Positions 41,413-50,868 are shown, numbered from the stretch's first letter. The stretch: 64,000 bases of DNA from Patescibacteria group bacterium (GCA_042570925.1 JBHPFX010000001.1:52397-116396); one strand, 5' to 3'. The notes: generated by a model not told the origin, from the letters alone. Translations and numbers: made by a program.

Positions 41413-41635
41413 AATTCCATTATTGCACCTTCGCACTTTCAACAATGCATACTGAACTAAACAGTTCGATCACTAGATCCTTACCGCAACAATAACCGGA
41501 ATTGGGAAAAGCCATGCCAGCATGGCAGAAAGGAGGGTTAGAGTTCTAGAGTAGAGCTTTTTGCATTACCGTAGTACGGTAGGGATCAAGTGAATTCACT
41601 CGAGTGAAACGCTGTTTCAAACGGAGGGTATTACC

Positions 41636-42778
41636 TTGAAGAGGTCAAACCGATTCATTTTACCCGTGATCCTTCTGGTCACAGCCGTTATGACGTTCGG
41701 GACGATGAGCCTGACGTATGCGACGACGACCAAGGACGCGATGAAGATCGAGGTCAACCAAAACGGACCTCCGGTGTCATTCTGTAACGTGCAACACAAT
41801 CCGGCGATCACCGACAACACGACCGCAGTGACGTGCACCGCAAACACAGCCCCGGCCATCGACGAGAAAAAGACGGCCACGTTTGCGACCTGCACGGAAG
41901 GTACGATTGAGCTATCAGCTCCTCCTACTCCCGGCCTGGACGCGACCCGCGCCAGCCCCGACAACTTCTGCCTGGCCAAAGTCGACAATGCCGTGGAGAG
42001 CAATATCGAAGTCTATGACGCGACCGAATACTCCGTGACGAACCGTGCCGGCCCTACGACGACCGCCGAGTGTTCGACCATGGAGAGCAATACCGAAGTC
42101 TACGATGAGACGCCCGTCACCGCCGCGATGAACCGCGCTGGCCCGACAGCAAACTGTGCTGAGAACGTGGCTGAGTGTTCGACCGTGGCGACCGGCGCCC
42201 CTGCCAACCTGGCGACGACTGATTATCCGAACCCCGCGATGAACGGTTCGAGGCAGACGACTGATTATCCGAACCCCGCGATGAACGGTTCGAGGCATAT
42301 GACGGTCATGAAGGTTGACGAGGGCGCGAATCAATCACGTGCTGTTACTGCGACCGCTGACTCGTGGGACGGCACCGATATGTGGACAGTTGAGAAGACC
42401 TGGACGGCGATTGCTGACGAAAATGCGACGCGGACCAACATGAAGGCAGGGCTACCGAACGAACTTGTCGTCGAGCTGACGAGTGGTATCCTGGCCGCCA
42501 ATTCTCGGATGAAAACGACGATCCGTGCGACGGATGTCTCGAAGGCGATGGCGAATGCCGGTGGAATTCAAGACGACGGCGCGATGTGCTGCGGTGCACA
42601 GACCGCCGGTACCAACGTGGAAGATGGCTGGAAACTGACGACGGAAATCGCGGCCGACGCGGCTATGAATACCGTCGTGGAAGAAACAAATCGGGCACAG
42701 AAGCCGGTGATGACGATTACGGACGACGCCAGCTACGCCTATCCGAATCCGTTCAACGCCGGGACGATCGCGGCCTAA
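41636..42778 (+). CDS. GC-rich secreted Thr/Ala/Asn/Cys-rich orphan protein A
   Basis: SD GGAGG + TTG, signal peptide, strong GC3 bias, internal repeats, own promoter and terminator. Confidence 0.8.
   Translation: MKRSNRFILPVILLVTAVMTFGTMSLTYATTTKDAMKIEVNQNGPPVSFCNVQHNPAITDNTTAVTCTANTAPAIDEKKTATFATCTEGTIELSAPPTPGLDATRASPDNFCLAKVDNAVESNIEVYDATEYSVTNRAGPTTTAECSTMESNTEVYDETPVTAAMNRAGPTANCAENVAECSTVATGAPANLATTDYPNPAMNGSRQTTDYPNPAMNGSRHMTVMKVDEGANQSRAVTATADSWDGTDMWTVEKTWTAIADENATRTNMKAGLPNELVVELTSGILAANSRMKTTIRATDVSKAMANAGGIQDDGAMCCGAQTAGTNVEDGWKLTTEIAADAAMNTVVEETNRAQKPVMTITDDASYAYPNPFNAGTIAA
42214..42297 (+). repeat. Perfect 42-bp tandem duplication (TTDYPNPAMNGSR x2)
   Basis: GACGACTGATTATCCGAACCCCGCGATGAACGGTTCGAGGCA twice. 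Confidence 0.95.
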
Positions 42779-42835
42779 AGTCATTCAAGGCGAATGGCGC
42801 GATCTACAACTGGATTAGTTCTGCATTGAATTTGC

Positions 42836-42875
42836 TCCCCCGCACACATTGTGCTGTGCGGGGGATTGTTTTTTT
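42836..42875 (+). terminator. Intrinsic terminator of cassette A
   Basis: TCCCCCGCACA...TGTGCGGGGGA + T tract. Confidence 0.88.
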
Positions 42876-42881
42876 ATTCCT

Positions 42882-42990
42882 ACCATCCTGAGGAGTCGAA
42901 CGGAGTGAGACAACGAAGGATCACTTAGTTACCGTAAAACAGGGGGATCCTTCGTCACCATGACTAAAGGCATGGACTCCTCAGGATGGT
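42882..42990. repeat. REP/MITE-like palindromic element
   Basis: 16-bp terminal inverted repeat ACCATCCTGAGGAGTC / GACTCCTCAGGATGGT, inner CGAAGGATC / GATCCTTCG. Confidence 0.85.
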
Positions 42991-43014
42991 TTGTTATTTA
43001 TTAAGCCAATAGGC

Positions 43015-43043
43015 TTGACAGGGACGAGATGTCATGCTAACAT
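43015..43043 (+). promoter_or_regulatory. Sigma70 promoter of orphan cassette B
   Basis: TTGACA-17-TAACAT with TGn extension. Confidence 0.7.
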
Positions 43044-43224
43044 GTTCGGTCAAATGATCTTTGCCAACTATAAAGGCCTTTTCGCCATTTTACTGTCCTT
43101 ATTGAACAGGGACTATCACACAAATACACCTGAAGGAGGCAGGTTTATATTCGATGTGAAAGTGAATGTGCAGAAGGGTCATTCTGACCACTCATAACTA
43201 GATGAAGAACAGGAGAACTACCGG

Positions 43225-43737
43225 ATGAAGACGAAGATTTGCATTTTTGCGGCCATTGCCGCGTTCTTATGCACCTTTGTGATCTCCAGTCCGGCCATCG
43301 CCGAGACCCACGACGGGTACTCGATCTGGACACTCGATGACCAGGCCGTACCGCCAGCGGATGTCACGGTGAAACAGTTCACCGCAAACTCGACGACTCC
43401 GGCGGCCAGCAATTCTCCGCCGGCCGCGTCCCATTTCGTTTCTTATTTCACTTTGATACAGACGAACCCGGCCGCGTTCGAGTCACCGTACACTTCGATC
43501 ACCTCTCTGAACCGTTCAGGTCCGCCGGCATCCGCGTGCGCGAACTGTGGAACCGATATCAGCGTGCCACGGCCAGCCGACGCCAACCTGTTCAACGGCT
43601 TCTGGCAACCCGACTCCGACGTCCGGGATCAGGCAGAGGTCGACACTTCGACATGCTCAGTGTCGGCCTGTAACACCCGTCGCTATGACGACATTAATGT
43701 GATCCCGATCTCCGGCCCGACCGGCGCCGCGGCCTAA
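43225..43737 (+). CDS. GC-rich secreted orphan protein B
   Basis: SD AGGAG, signal peptide (PAIA/E), GC3 bias, NRSGPP motif, ends GAAA. Confidence 0.8.
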   Translation: MKTKICIFAAIAAFLCTFVISSPAIAETHDGYSIWTLDDQAVPPADVTVKQFTANSTTPAASNSPPAASHFVSYFTLIQTNPAAFESPYTSITSLNRSGPPASACANCGTDISVPRPADANLFNGFWQPDSDVRDQAEVDTSTCSVSACNTRRYDDINVIPISGPTGAAA

Positions 43738-43755
43738 CGACGGCCGACGCCCAAA

Positions 43756-43798
43756 ACCCCCGAGCACTCTTTGAGTGCCCGGGGGTCGATTTTTATTT
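43756..43798 (+). terminator. Intrinsic terminator of cassette B
   Basis: ACCCCCGAGCACTC-ttt-GAGTGCCCGGGGGT + T tract. Confidence 0.88.
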
Positions 43799-43808
43799 AC
43801 ACCAATTG

Positions 43809-46031
43809 TTAATCAATCAGCTTCTCGAACTTGCATTCCTTGCTTGAACATCTCGCTTTGCCTTTTGCGGCAAAGACCAGGAGGTCTCCCGATTCTGGAC
43901 ATTTCTCACCAGATGGCTTGGACCACAGAGCAAATTTACATGAAGGATACTGGTTGCATGCGAAGAACGTTCTGCCGCGTTTGCTGCGTTTTTCAATTAT
44001 ATCGCCTTTATTACACTGCGGGCAGGTGACACCTGTTTTCTTTTCAATATTCTTAATGAATTTGCAGTCCGGGTAGCCGGTGCATCCAAAGAATTCACCG
44101 AACCGTCCGCGTTTCACCTGAAGCGGTTTTTTACACTCAGGACATTTCTCATCCGTCACTTTTGGTTCTTCCGGCTCACCGTCCCCATTCACGGGTTTAG
44201 TAGTCTTACACTCGGGATAGCCGGTACATGCCAGGAATTTTCCGAACCGGCCCATTTTAATCACCATCGGCTTTCCGCATTTTTCGCATACTTCTTTTGT
44301 CGCTTCTTCAGTAAGCTCTTTTTTAGATAAAGTTTTATCTTTATTCATAAGATTTTCCTTGAAGGGTTTATAAAATTCTTTTACAACAGGCATCCATTTC
44401 TTCTTTCCGGCGGCGATTTCATCAAGATCATCTTCCATATGGGCCGTGAATGTATAGTCGACTATTCTTGGAAAGTGATCAACAAGCAGGTCATTCACCA
44501 GTGTGCCGACGTCGGTTGGTTGGAGTTTTTTTTCTTCTCGTAACACATAATTACGATCAATGATCGTGCTGATGATTGATGCATATGTCGACGGTCTTCC
44601 AATATCATACTCTTCAAGCGCTTTTACCAACCCTGCTTCAGAATATCTCGCGGGGGGTTCAGTAAAGTGCTGAATTGGCTTGATTTCTTTGGAATCTACT
44701 GAATCCTTTTCTTTTACATCTGGTAGCTGATTTTCTTTTACACTATCGGTGTATACTTTTAAAAATCCATCAAATTTAATGATCGATCCGGTTGCCCGAA
44801 AAGTATAAGCATGTTCCTTTGATCCGACATCGATGGTGGTTGAATCCAGAATCGCCTGAGGCATTTGTGAGGCAATCGCGCGCTTCCAAATTAAACTGTA
44901 TAAGCGAAACAGGTCAGGCGTGAGGTATTCTTTTATCTTTTCAGGTTCATTCTTCGGATCTGTTGGACGGATTGCCTCATGCGCTTCCTGGGCCAATCGT
45001 GACTTTGCTTTGTATTTATTAGGCTGAGCAAGGGCGTATTTTTCTCCAAAAGAGGATGTGAGGAATGCTTTGGCTTCATTGAGAAATTTGTCAGCGAGAT
45101 TGACTGAGTCCGTTCTCATATAAGTGATTAAACCAACAGAGCCCTGGGATCCCAATTCAACACCCTCATAAAGCATTTGGGCTGCACGCATAGTCTTTTT
45201 TGCAGAATACCCGAGCTTTCTATTCGACTCTTGCTGCATTGTGGATGTGGTAAATGGAGGAAGCGGGGAACGCTTAATTTCTTTTCGATTTATTGAAGAA
45301 ATTTCATACACAGCTTTTGTCAGGTCGCCAAGTATGTTCTTAGCATCCTTTTCATTTTTAATAGCAAACTTATCAAGCTTTTTTCCATCTTGAGCATATA
45401 ACTTTGCTTGAATTGTCGCTGAATCTCCTTTTTTTTCAAAAACAGCCTCGATTGTCCAGAATTCCTGTGGTTTAAAAGCTTTAATTTCCCGTTCGCGTTC
45501 CACAATTAATCGGACAGCCACGGATTGAACTCGCCCCGCAGATAAACCTCTCGCCACTTTTCTCCAGAGAAAGGGGGATAATTCATATCCCACAAGACGA
45601 TCCAAAACACGCCTCGCCTGTTGGGCGTCTACCATATGTGGATCAATGTCTCGAGGTTTATCTAGAGCCTCATTAATAGCTTCCTTCGTGATTTCGTGGA
45701 AGACAATTCGTTTTACTTTATCTTTTTTCGGCTTGATGGCTTCGACAAGGTGCCAGGCGATTGCCTCACCTTCACGATCTTCATCAGTAGCAAAGTAGAT
45801 GAGATCCGATTTTTTAGCCAGTGTTTTTAGCTTTGTGATGGTCTTTTCGCTGCCCTTTGGTATCTCGTAGGTGGGAGTGAAATTTTTCTTTACATCAACA
45901 CCTAACTTACTTTTTGGCAAGTCGCGAATATGTCCATATGACGATTCGATATGATAATCCTTCTTTCCAAGGAATTTGCTGATCGTCTTGGCTTTTGTTG
46001 GTGATTCGACAATGACGAGATGTTTGGCCAT
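43809..46031 (-). CDS. topA: DNA topoisomerase I
   Basis: LVIVESPTKA, ATDEDREGEAI, SAGRVQS, ITYMRTDS, C-terminal zinc ribbons. Confidence 0.97.
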   Translation of the reverse strand: MAKHLVIVESPTKAKTISKFLGKKDYHIESSYGHIRDLPKSKLGVDVKKNFTPTYEIPKGSEKTITKLKTLAKKSDLIYFATDEDREGEAIAWHLVEAIKPKKDKVKRIVFHEITKEAINEALDKPRDIDPHMVDAQQARRVLDRLVGYELSPFLWRKVARGLSAGRVQSVAVRLIVEREREIKAFKPQEFWTIEAVFEKKGDSATIQAKLYAQDGKKLDKFAIKNEKDAKNILGDLTKAVYEISSINRKEIKRSPLPPFTTSTMQQESNRKLGYSAKKTMRAAQMLYEGVELGSQGSVGLITYMRTDSVNLADKFLNEAKAFLTSSFGEKYALAQPNKYKAKSRLAQEAHEAIRPTDPKNEPEKIKEYLTPDLFRLYSLIWKRAIASQMPQAILDSTTIDVGSKEHAYTFRATGSIIKFDGFLKVYTDSVKENQLPDVKEKDSVDSKEIKPIQHFTEPPARYSEAGLVKALEEYDIGRPSTYASIISTIIDRNYVLREEKKLQPTDVGTLVNDLLVDHFPRIVDYTFTAHMEDDLDEIAAGKKKWMPVVKEFYKPFKENLMNKDKTLSKKELTEEATKEVCEKCGKPMVIKMGRFGKFLACTGYPECKTTKPVNGDGEPEEPKVTDEKCPECKKPLQVKRGRFGEFFGCTGYPDCKFIKNIEKKTGVTCPQCNKGDIIEKRSKRGRTFFACNQYPSCKFALWSKPSGEKCPESGDLLVFAAKGKARCSSKECKFEKLID

Positions 46032-46036
46032 AGTAT

Positions 46037-47224
46037 TTAAAGTATGCGAATATAGTTCATCCCACCGAGATGCCTGATGAGGCCTCGTAGTTCCATCGTG
46101 GTGAGCGCTGCATTAATGATATTTGTTTGCAGTTTACTTAGTTTTACAATTTCGTCAATGTGACGAGGTTCACGCGTGAGTAGAGAAATAATTATTCGCT
46201 CTTCATTAGACAGACGGGTATGCTGTTGATTGTTATCAAAGTCAGAAATGTTGTCAACCCTTCGGTTCCTCAGGGTTGACACTGAGTCTGATTCCGAGTC
46301 TAGCGAGGAATCACTGAAGGTGTCAAGTCCTGAAGCGGATTTTTGTTCCAATTTTTCTAGATTAAATGCGCCTAATACATCTTGTACGGAGGCTACGGGG
46401 TGCGCACCAAGTTTTATCAATTTATTCGTTCCTTCTGAAGTTTTTCTGAAAATATCTCCGGGCACTGCGAGCACCTCGCGATTGTAGTCCAAGGCCACTT
46501 TAGCCGTTATAAGAGAGCCTGAATCATTACTTCCTTCAATTACTATGACCCCCAGAGATAGTCCGGCAATGATGCGATTTCTGATCGGGAAATGGTGCTT
46601 CTGGGCATGGGTGCCGAGAGGGAATTCGGATACCAAGGCACCACTACTTATGATTGATTGAGCAAGCCTGCTATTGGCCTGTGGATAAATCTGATCAAGG
46701 CCCGATCCTAAGACAGCAATTGTGGCACCTTGTACCTCTAACGCAGACTGATGTGCTATGGCATCAATGCCGAGTGCTAAACCTGACACGACACAGATTC
46801 CCAGCTTGGCAATTTCTGAAGAAAGCCATCGTGCCACTTCGCGTCCGTATGAAGTTGTTTTCCTTGTTCCGACAATGGCGATAGTTGGTTGGTATTCGGA
46901 AATGGTACCTCGGTAGTATAAAAGGTGGGGAGGATCAGAAATTTCCTTTAAAAGTCTGGGATAGTCATCATCATTGAGTGTGACAACCTTAATATGTTCC
47001 TTATACACATGTTCAAGCTCGCGTTCAGGCTCGATAGTAGATCGATGCTCCAATATTGCACGAATAGTCTTTGGCAGGAGGCCGGCACGAACCAGCTCAA
47101 ATTCATTACTATTCCATGCACGATTAAAATCTCCAAAGTATTTGTGGAGACGGGTAAGTTGTCTGGATCCCAAAAAAGGGATTTTAGAAAAAGCGATTTG
47201 ATATGCAAGGTCTTGCGTTGACAT
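46037..47224 (-). CDS. dprA: DNA processing protein DprA with in-frame repeat insertion
   Basis: AIVGTR, VSGLALGIDA, FPIRNRIIAG, SGSLITA, C-terminal winged helix. Confidence 0.95.
   Translation of the reverse strand: MSTQDLAYQIAFSKIPFLGSRQLTRLHKYFGDFNRAWNSNEFELVRAGLLPKTIRAILEHRSTIEPERELEHVYKEHIKVVTLNDDDYPRLLKEISDPPHLLYYRGTISEYQPTIAIVGTRKTTSYGREVARWLSSEIAKLGICVVSGLALGIDAIAHQSALEVQGATIAVLGSGLDQIYPQANSRLAQSIISSGALVSEFPLGTHAQKHHFPIRNRIIAGLSLGVIVIEGSNDSGSLITAKVALDYNREVLAVPGDIFRKTSEGTNKLIKLGAHPVASVQDVLGAFNLEKLEQKSASGLDTFSDSSLDSESDSVSTLRNRRVDNISDFDNNQQHTRLSNEERIIISLLTREPRHIDEIVKLSKLQTNIINAALTTMELRGLIRHLGGMNYIRIL
46251..46326 (-). repeat. Repeat family R2 copy inside dprA
   Basis: TTGACAC...GTGTCAACCC...GGGTTGACAA; homologous to 50916-50995. 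Confidence 0.8.
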
Positions 47225-47292
47225 AGGATTTTAAGGATAATAGATTAAGACATTCGTTCTTCAATAGGTCTCATTCAAACATGGAGGAAAGA

Positions 47293-47571
47293 ATGGGATT
47301 CCAATTAGATAAGTGGGAGCTTGTCAATCAGGTTTTTCTTTGCTCTGGCAACTTTCCGGAAGCTGGAGGTCTGACAAAGTCTGAGATCAATCTTTTACCA
47401 AAGTCAGATTTGTATGGCCGGTGGCGATCCTGCCAATGCGGATCCCATATTGGGAACGCCCGGATATTCTTTACCTGGCTTAAAGTGGAAGTTGAAAGAC
47501 GAAAGAAAGCCCGAAGCGACAAGGCTCGTACGAAACGTCAACAAGCAAAACAGGCCAAGACGGCCGACTAG
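47293..47571 (+). CDS. Orphan protein with basic C-terminus
   Basis: SD GGAGG 6 nt before ATG; antisense between dprA and mfd. Confidence 0.55.
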   Translation: MGFQLDKWELVNQVFLCSGNFPEAGGLTKSEINLLPKSDLYGRWRSCQCGSHIGNARIFFTWLKVEVERRKKARSDKARTKRQQAKQAKTAD

Positions 47572-47610
47572 CTGCATGTGGAAACGATCACCGCCTGCAG
47601 CTTTTGCTAT

Positions 47611-50600
47611 TTATTTGTTATTACTTTTCTCCTTTTCGTTCTCCGTGTCATCAAGCCGCCACAGCTTCATGACCTTTTTAAGCTCATCAAGCCATTCGCT
47701 TCCAAGATAATCAAGATCGATCTTAATCTGATTTTGAGTGAACTGCCACTGGTTGTTGGATTCTAGGAGCTCGCCAAGTTTCTTTGGGTTCAAGTGGTGA
47801 GCAAAAGTAATGATTACGCGCTTTCGCTTTTCTTTTTCCGGTCCCGGAAGGCTTATAGTATCAATCGTAGTGATGTCTGTTTTTTGGGCAAGTAATTTGA
47901 TTTCCAAAACGTCAAAAAGGTTTTCAAAGACTGTTGGGATTTTATGCCGGTAGGTAACGCGTTTTTTAAATACGAGAAGTTCTTCCGGTGTGTTTAAATT
48001 AGCAATTTTCTGGTATATCACCATTCGTTCGCCTTCAGCCGGCACAAACGTTTTTGGTACGCCGATTTCAACTGGCAAGTCGATCGTAACGTCTCGGACG
48101 GTTTCGATCTTACCGGTCTTTAATTCATTGACTGCCTGCGCGAGAAGTCTCGTATACATCGCAAGACCGATTGCGGATACTTTGCCGTGTTGTTCCTTGC
48201 CTAGAATGTTTCCGGTGCCGCGAATTTCCAGATCTCGCAGTGCAAGCTGAAATCCGCTTCCAAGCTCTTTTGCCTCAAGAAGAGCATGCAATCTTCGTTT
48301 TGCCGTGCCGGTAAGTTTTTTCCGATCATAGAGAAAGTATGCATATGCTTGGCGCAAACCACGGCCGATACGTCCACGCAGCTGATAGAGCTGGGCAAGT
48401 CCAAACTTGGTTGCATTTTCAACAATGAGGGTGTTTACATTTGGAAGATCGAGGCCATTCTCAATAATCGTGGAACATACCAACACATTTGTTTTTTTGG
48501 TGTCGAAGTCTCTCATTGCTTTTGATAGAAGTTTTTCTGACAGTTTTCCGTGGGCAATGCCGATCTTTACCTCTGGTATAAGTTTTTTAAGCTCTCTTGC
48601 GGCGAAGTCGATCGTTTCAACATTATTATATAAATAGTATACCTGGCCCTTTCTATCCAATTCCTGCCGTATTGATTTGGCAATCAGATTACTGTCGTGA
48701 CGTTCAATTATCGTTTCAATCGGTAGCCGTCCTTCCGGGGGTGTCTCGATCAGACTTACATCCCTGATGCCTGAGAGCGCGATATTTAACGTTCTCGGGA
48801 TTGGTGTAGCGGTAAGAGTTAATACGTGTGCCTGTGTTCGCATGGATTTCAGCCGCTCTTTGTGCTGGACACCAAAACGCTGTTCTTCATCGATAATAAT
48901 GAGGCCGAGGTTTTTAAACTTAATGTCCGGGGAGAGCAGCCTATGGGTGCCGATAACTATGTTGACTTCACCTGTTTTAAGACCTGCGATAGCGGCAAGT
49001 TCTTCTTTTTCTGAAGCAAAACGAGAAAGGATTGCCACTTTCACCGGAAGTTTTCCGAGTCTCTCCACAAATGTGTCGTAATGCTGTTGAGTGAGAATTG
49101 TTGTAGGTGAAAGGAGTGCTACCTGTACGCCGTTCATCACAGCTTTAAATGCAGCGCGGATTGCTACTTCAGTTTTACCAAAACCTACGTCACCGCAAAT
49201 AAGCCTGTCCATTGGCCGCACTCGCGAAAGATCTTTTTCAATTTCTGAAATTGCCCGGAGCTGATCAGGTGTTTCTTCAAATTGAAAGGATTGCTCGAGC
49301 TCGTGCTCTTCTTTTACTTTTGCATTAAAAGCCGGTGCTTTACTTGCAGTTCTCCGAGCGTACAATTTAAGCAAATCATGAGCAAGTAGTTTAGCCTCTT
49401 CTTTTATCTTTCGAGTAATTTGATACCACTGACCGCCTGAAAGCCTGTGGAGTTTTGGATTGGCCAGACCGATGTATTTATTTATCTTTTCAGCAGTTTC
49501 AATCGGTACGTAGAGTTTGTCACCTTCGGCATATTCAAGCACGAAATATTCCTTACTGATGCCCTCGACAACATTTTTTGTCATGCCCTTGAAGCGGGCT
49601 ACTCCGTGATCGATGTGGACGACATAGTCGCCGGGGCGCAATTCAGTGATAAATGCCATCTCCACTCGTTTTGGCAGTCCATTACTATGTTCTGAGTATC
49701 CAAATATCTCGATGTCGGTGAGTAAAAGGAATTTCTCTTTCTCATTTCCGAAGCCGGTAAATAAGCCAGGAGGTTCTTTGAGAAATGTTATCTTTTTCGC
49801 GATATTTTTTTCTTCGAGAAATTTATTCAGCTCATTCTTTTTTCTTGATGCGATAAATATCTGTATTCCATCGTCCTGGTGCTTTTTTAAATCCTGAGCG
49901 AGTGTTTTTAATCGGTTATGATAAAATGGGGCTCGTTTGTATTTGAGGTCCAGATCTCGTTGGCGCGTCTTAAAGCTCTCCCAGATTATTTTTTTAAACG
50001 GCTGGATGCTTTCTTTCAGCTTTTCCCAGTCAGCAACTCGCTCTGATAGTTCATCCGGACTGTCGAGAATGACATACGGATGAACTGCCTTTTTTAAATA
50101 CGTCCACGCATTTGCTCGATAACTCGAGTGAAGCTTAGCTGGTGCGCATTCAAGCACGGACACTTTTGTCGAACGTTTCTTTGAAACAGGATCCAGGTGA
50201 GTAATGGAAATGATTTTTTTATCATCACATTCGATTCGTGTTGGTTGTTTTGCACCCATTGGGTAGATATCAACGATTCCGCCCCGACGGGAAAACACCC
50301 CTTGCTGATCTGCAGATACGTTCCATTCATATCCCTGCTTCACACATTCCTGAGCGACATCTTGGGGGGATATGGTCTGGCCCACTTCATATCTCAGGAT
50401 TGAAGAGAGAAGTTCATCAGGGTGGGGAAATGGCTCAAGAGTCTGTTCTGCGGGGATAATTAAGACATAAGGTTTTGCTTGAGTGAGCGTAAGAAGCTGG
50501 TCCGGGGTCATCTCTTCATCACCATGAATGATCGTCAGGTTTGGATTCCAGTAGGAGAGAAACTGAGAGATGATTTCCTGATCTTTCTCATTTGCCGTTA

Positions 50601-50781
50601 TCCAAAAGACTCCTCCCTTATCAGTAAGTAAAGGGAGTTTGGTGATAATGAATGTTTGCGCAGACCGACTTGTAGTTCCGCTAATGTATGTTTCCTGGTA
50701 TTTTTCCAGGTGTTTTGTCAGTTTCGGAATTGCGGAAGGATCCCCAAGTACGTCTGCAGGATGGGTAGCAGAGTTGTCCAC
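47611..50781 (-). CDS. mfd: Transcription-repair coupling factor
   Basis: CarD/RID (GDYVVHIDHG), GDVGFGKTE, DEEQRFG, QLRGRIGR, RDLEIRG, TRCF domain. Confidence 0.96.
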   Translation of the reverse strand: MDNSATHPADVLGDPSAIPKLTKHLEKYQETYISGTTSRSAQTFIITKLPLLTDKGGVFWITANEKDQEIISQFLSYWNPNLTIIHGDEEMTPDQLLTLTQAKPYVLIIPAEQTLEPFPHPDELLSSILRYEVGQTISPQDVAQECVKQGYEWNVSADQQGVFSRRGGIVDIYPMGAKQPTRIECDDKKIISITHLDPVSKKRSTKVSVLECAPAKLHSSYRANAWTYLKKAVHPYVILDSPDELSERVADWEKLKESIQPFKKIIWESFKTRQRDLDLKYKRAPFYHNRLKTLAQDLKKHQDDGIQIFIASRKKNELNKFLEEKNIAKKITFLKEPPGLFTGFGNEKEKFLLLTDIEIFGYSEHSNGLPKRVEMAFITELRPGDYVVHIDHGVARFKGMTKNVVEGISKEYFVLEYAEGDKLYVPIETAEKINKYIGLANPKLHRLSGGQWYQITRKIKEEAKLLAHDLLKLYARRTASKAPAFNAKVKEEHELEQSFQFEETPDQLRAISEIEKDLSRVRPMDRLICGDVGFGKTEVAIRAAFKAVMNGVQVALLSPTTILTQQHYDTFVERLGKLPVKVAILSRFASEKEELAAIAGLKTGEVNIVIGTHRLLSPDIKFKNLGLIIIDEEQRFGVQHKERLKSMRTQAHVLTLTATPIPRTLNIALSGIRDVSLIETPPEGRLPIETIIERHDSNLIAKSIRQELDRKGQVYYLYNNVETIDFAARELKKLIPEVKIGIAHGKLSEKLLSKAMRDFDTKKTNVLVCSTIIENGLDLPNVNTLIVENATKFGLAQLYQLRGRIGRGLRQAYAYFLYDRKKLTGTAKRRLHALLEAKELGSGFQLALRDLEIRGTGNILGKEQHGKVSAIGLAMYTRLLAQAVNELKTGKIETVRDVTIDLPVEIGVPKTFVPAEGERMVIYQKIANLNTPEELLVFKKRVTYRHKIPTVFENLFDVLEIKLLAQKTDITTIDTISLPGPEKEKRKRVIITFAHHLNPKKLGELLESNNQWQFTQNQIKIDLDYLGSEWLDELKKVMKLWRLDDTENEKEKSNNK

Positions 50782-50868
50782 AAATGAAAAATATCAGCAC
50801 TTGTTAACTGTCTATCTGTATAATAGCGCATTTATTGGCTTTTGGCAAGAGCTGGGCACGGTAGGGTC

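Noticed and set aside
41617-42891. Antisense and alternative-frame ORFs over protein A
   Set aside because: Expected shadows of GC-rich coding sequence; only the + ORF has an SD, signal peptide and codon bias
486-46690. DnaA boxes (486, 31791, 41362, 46680) as oriC
   Set aside because: Single scattered boxes, two inside genes; no cluster and no dnaA
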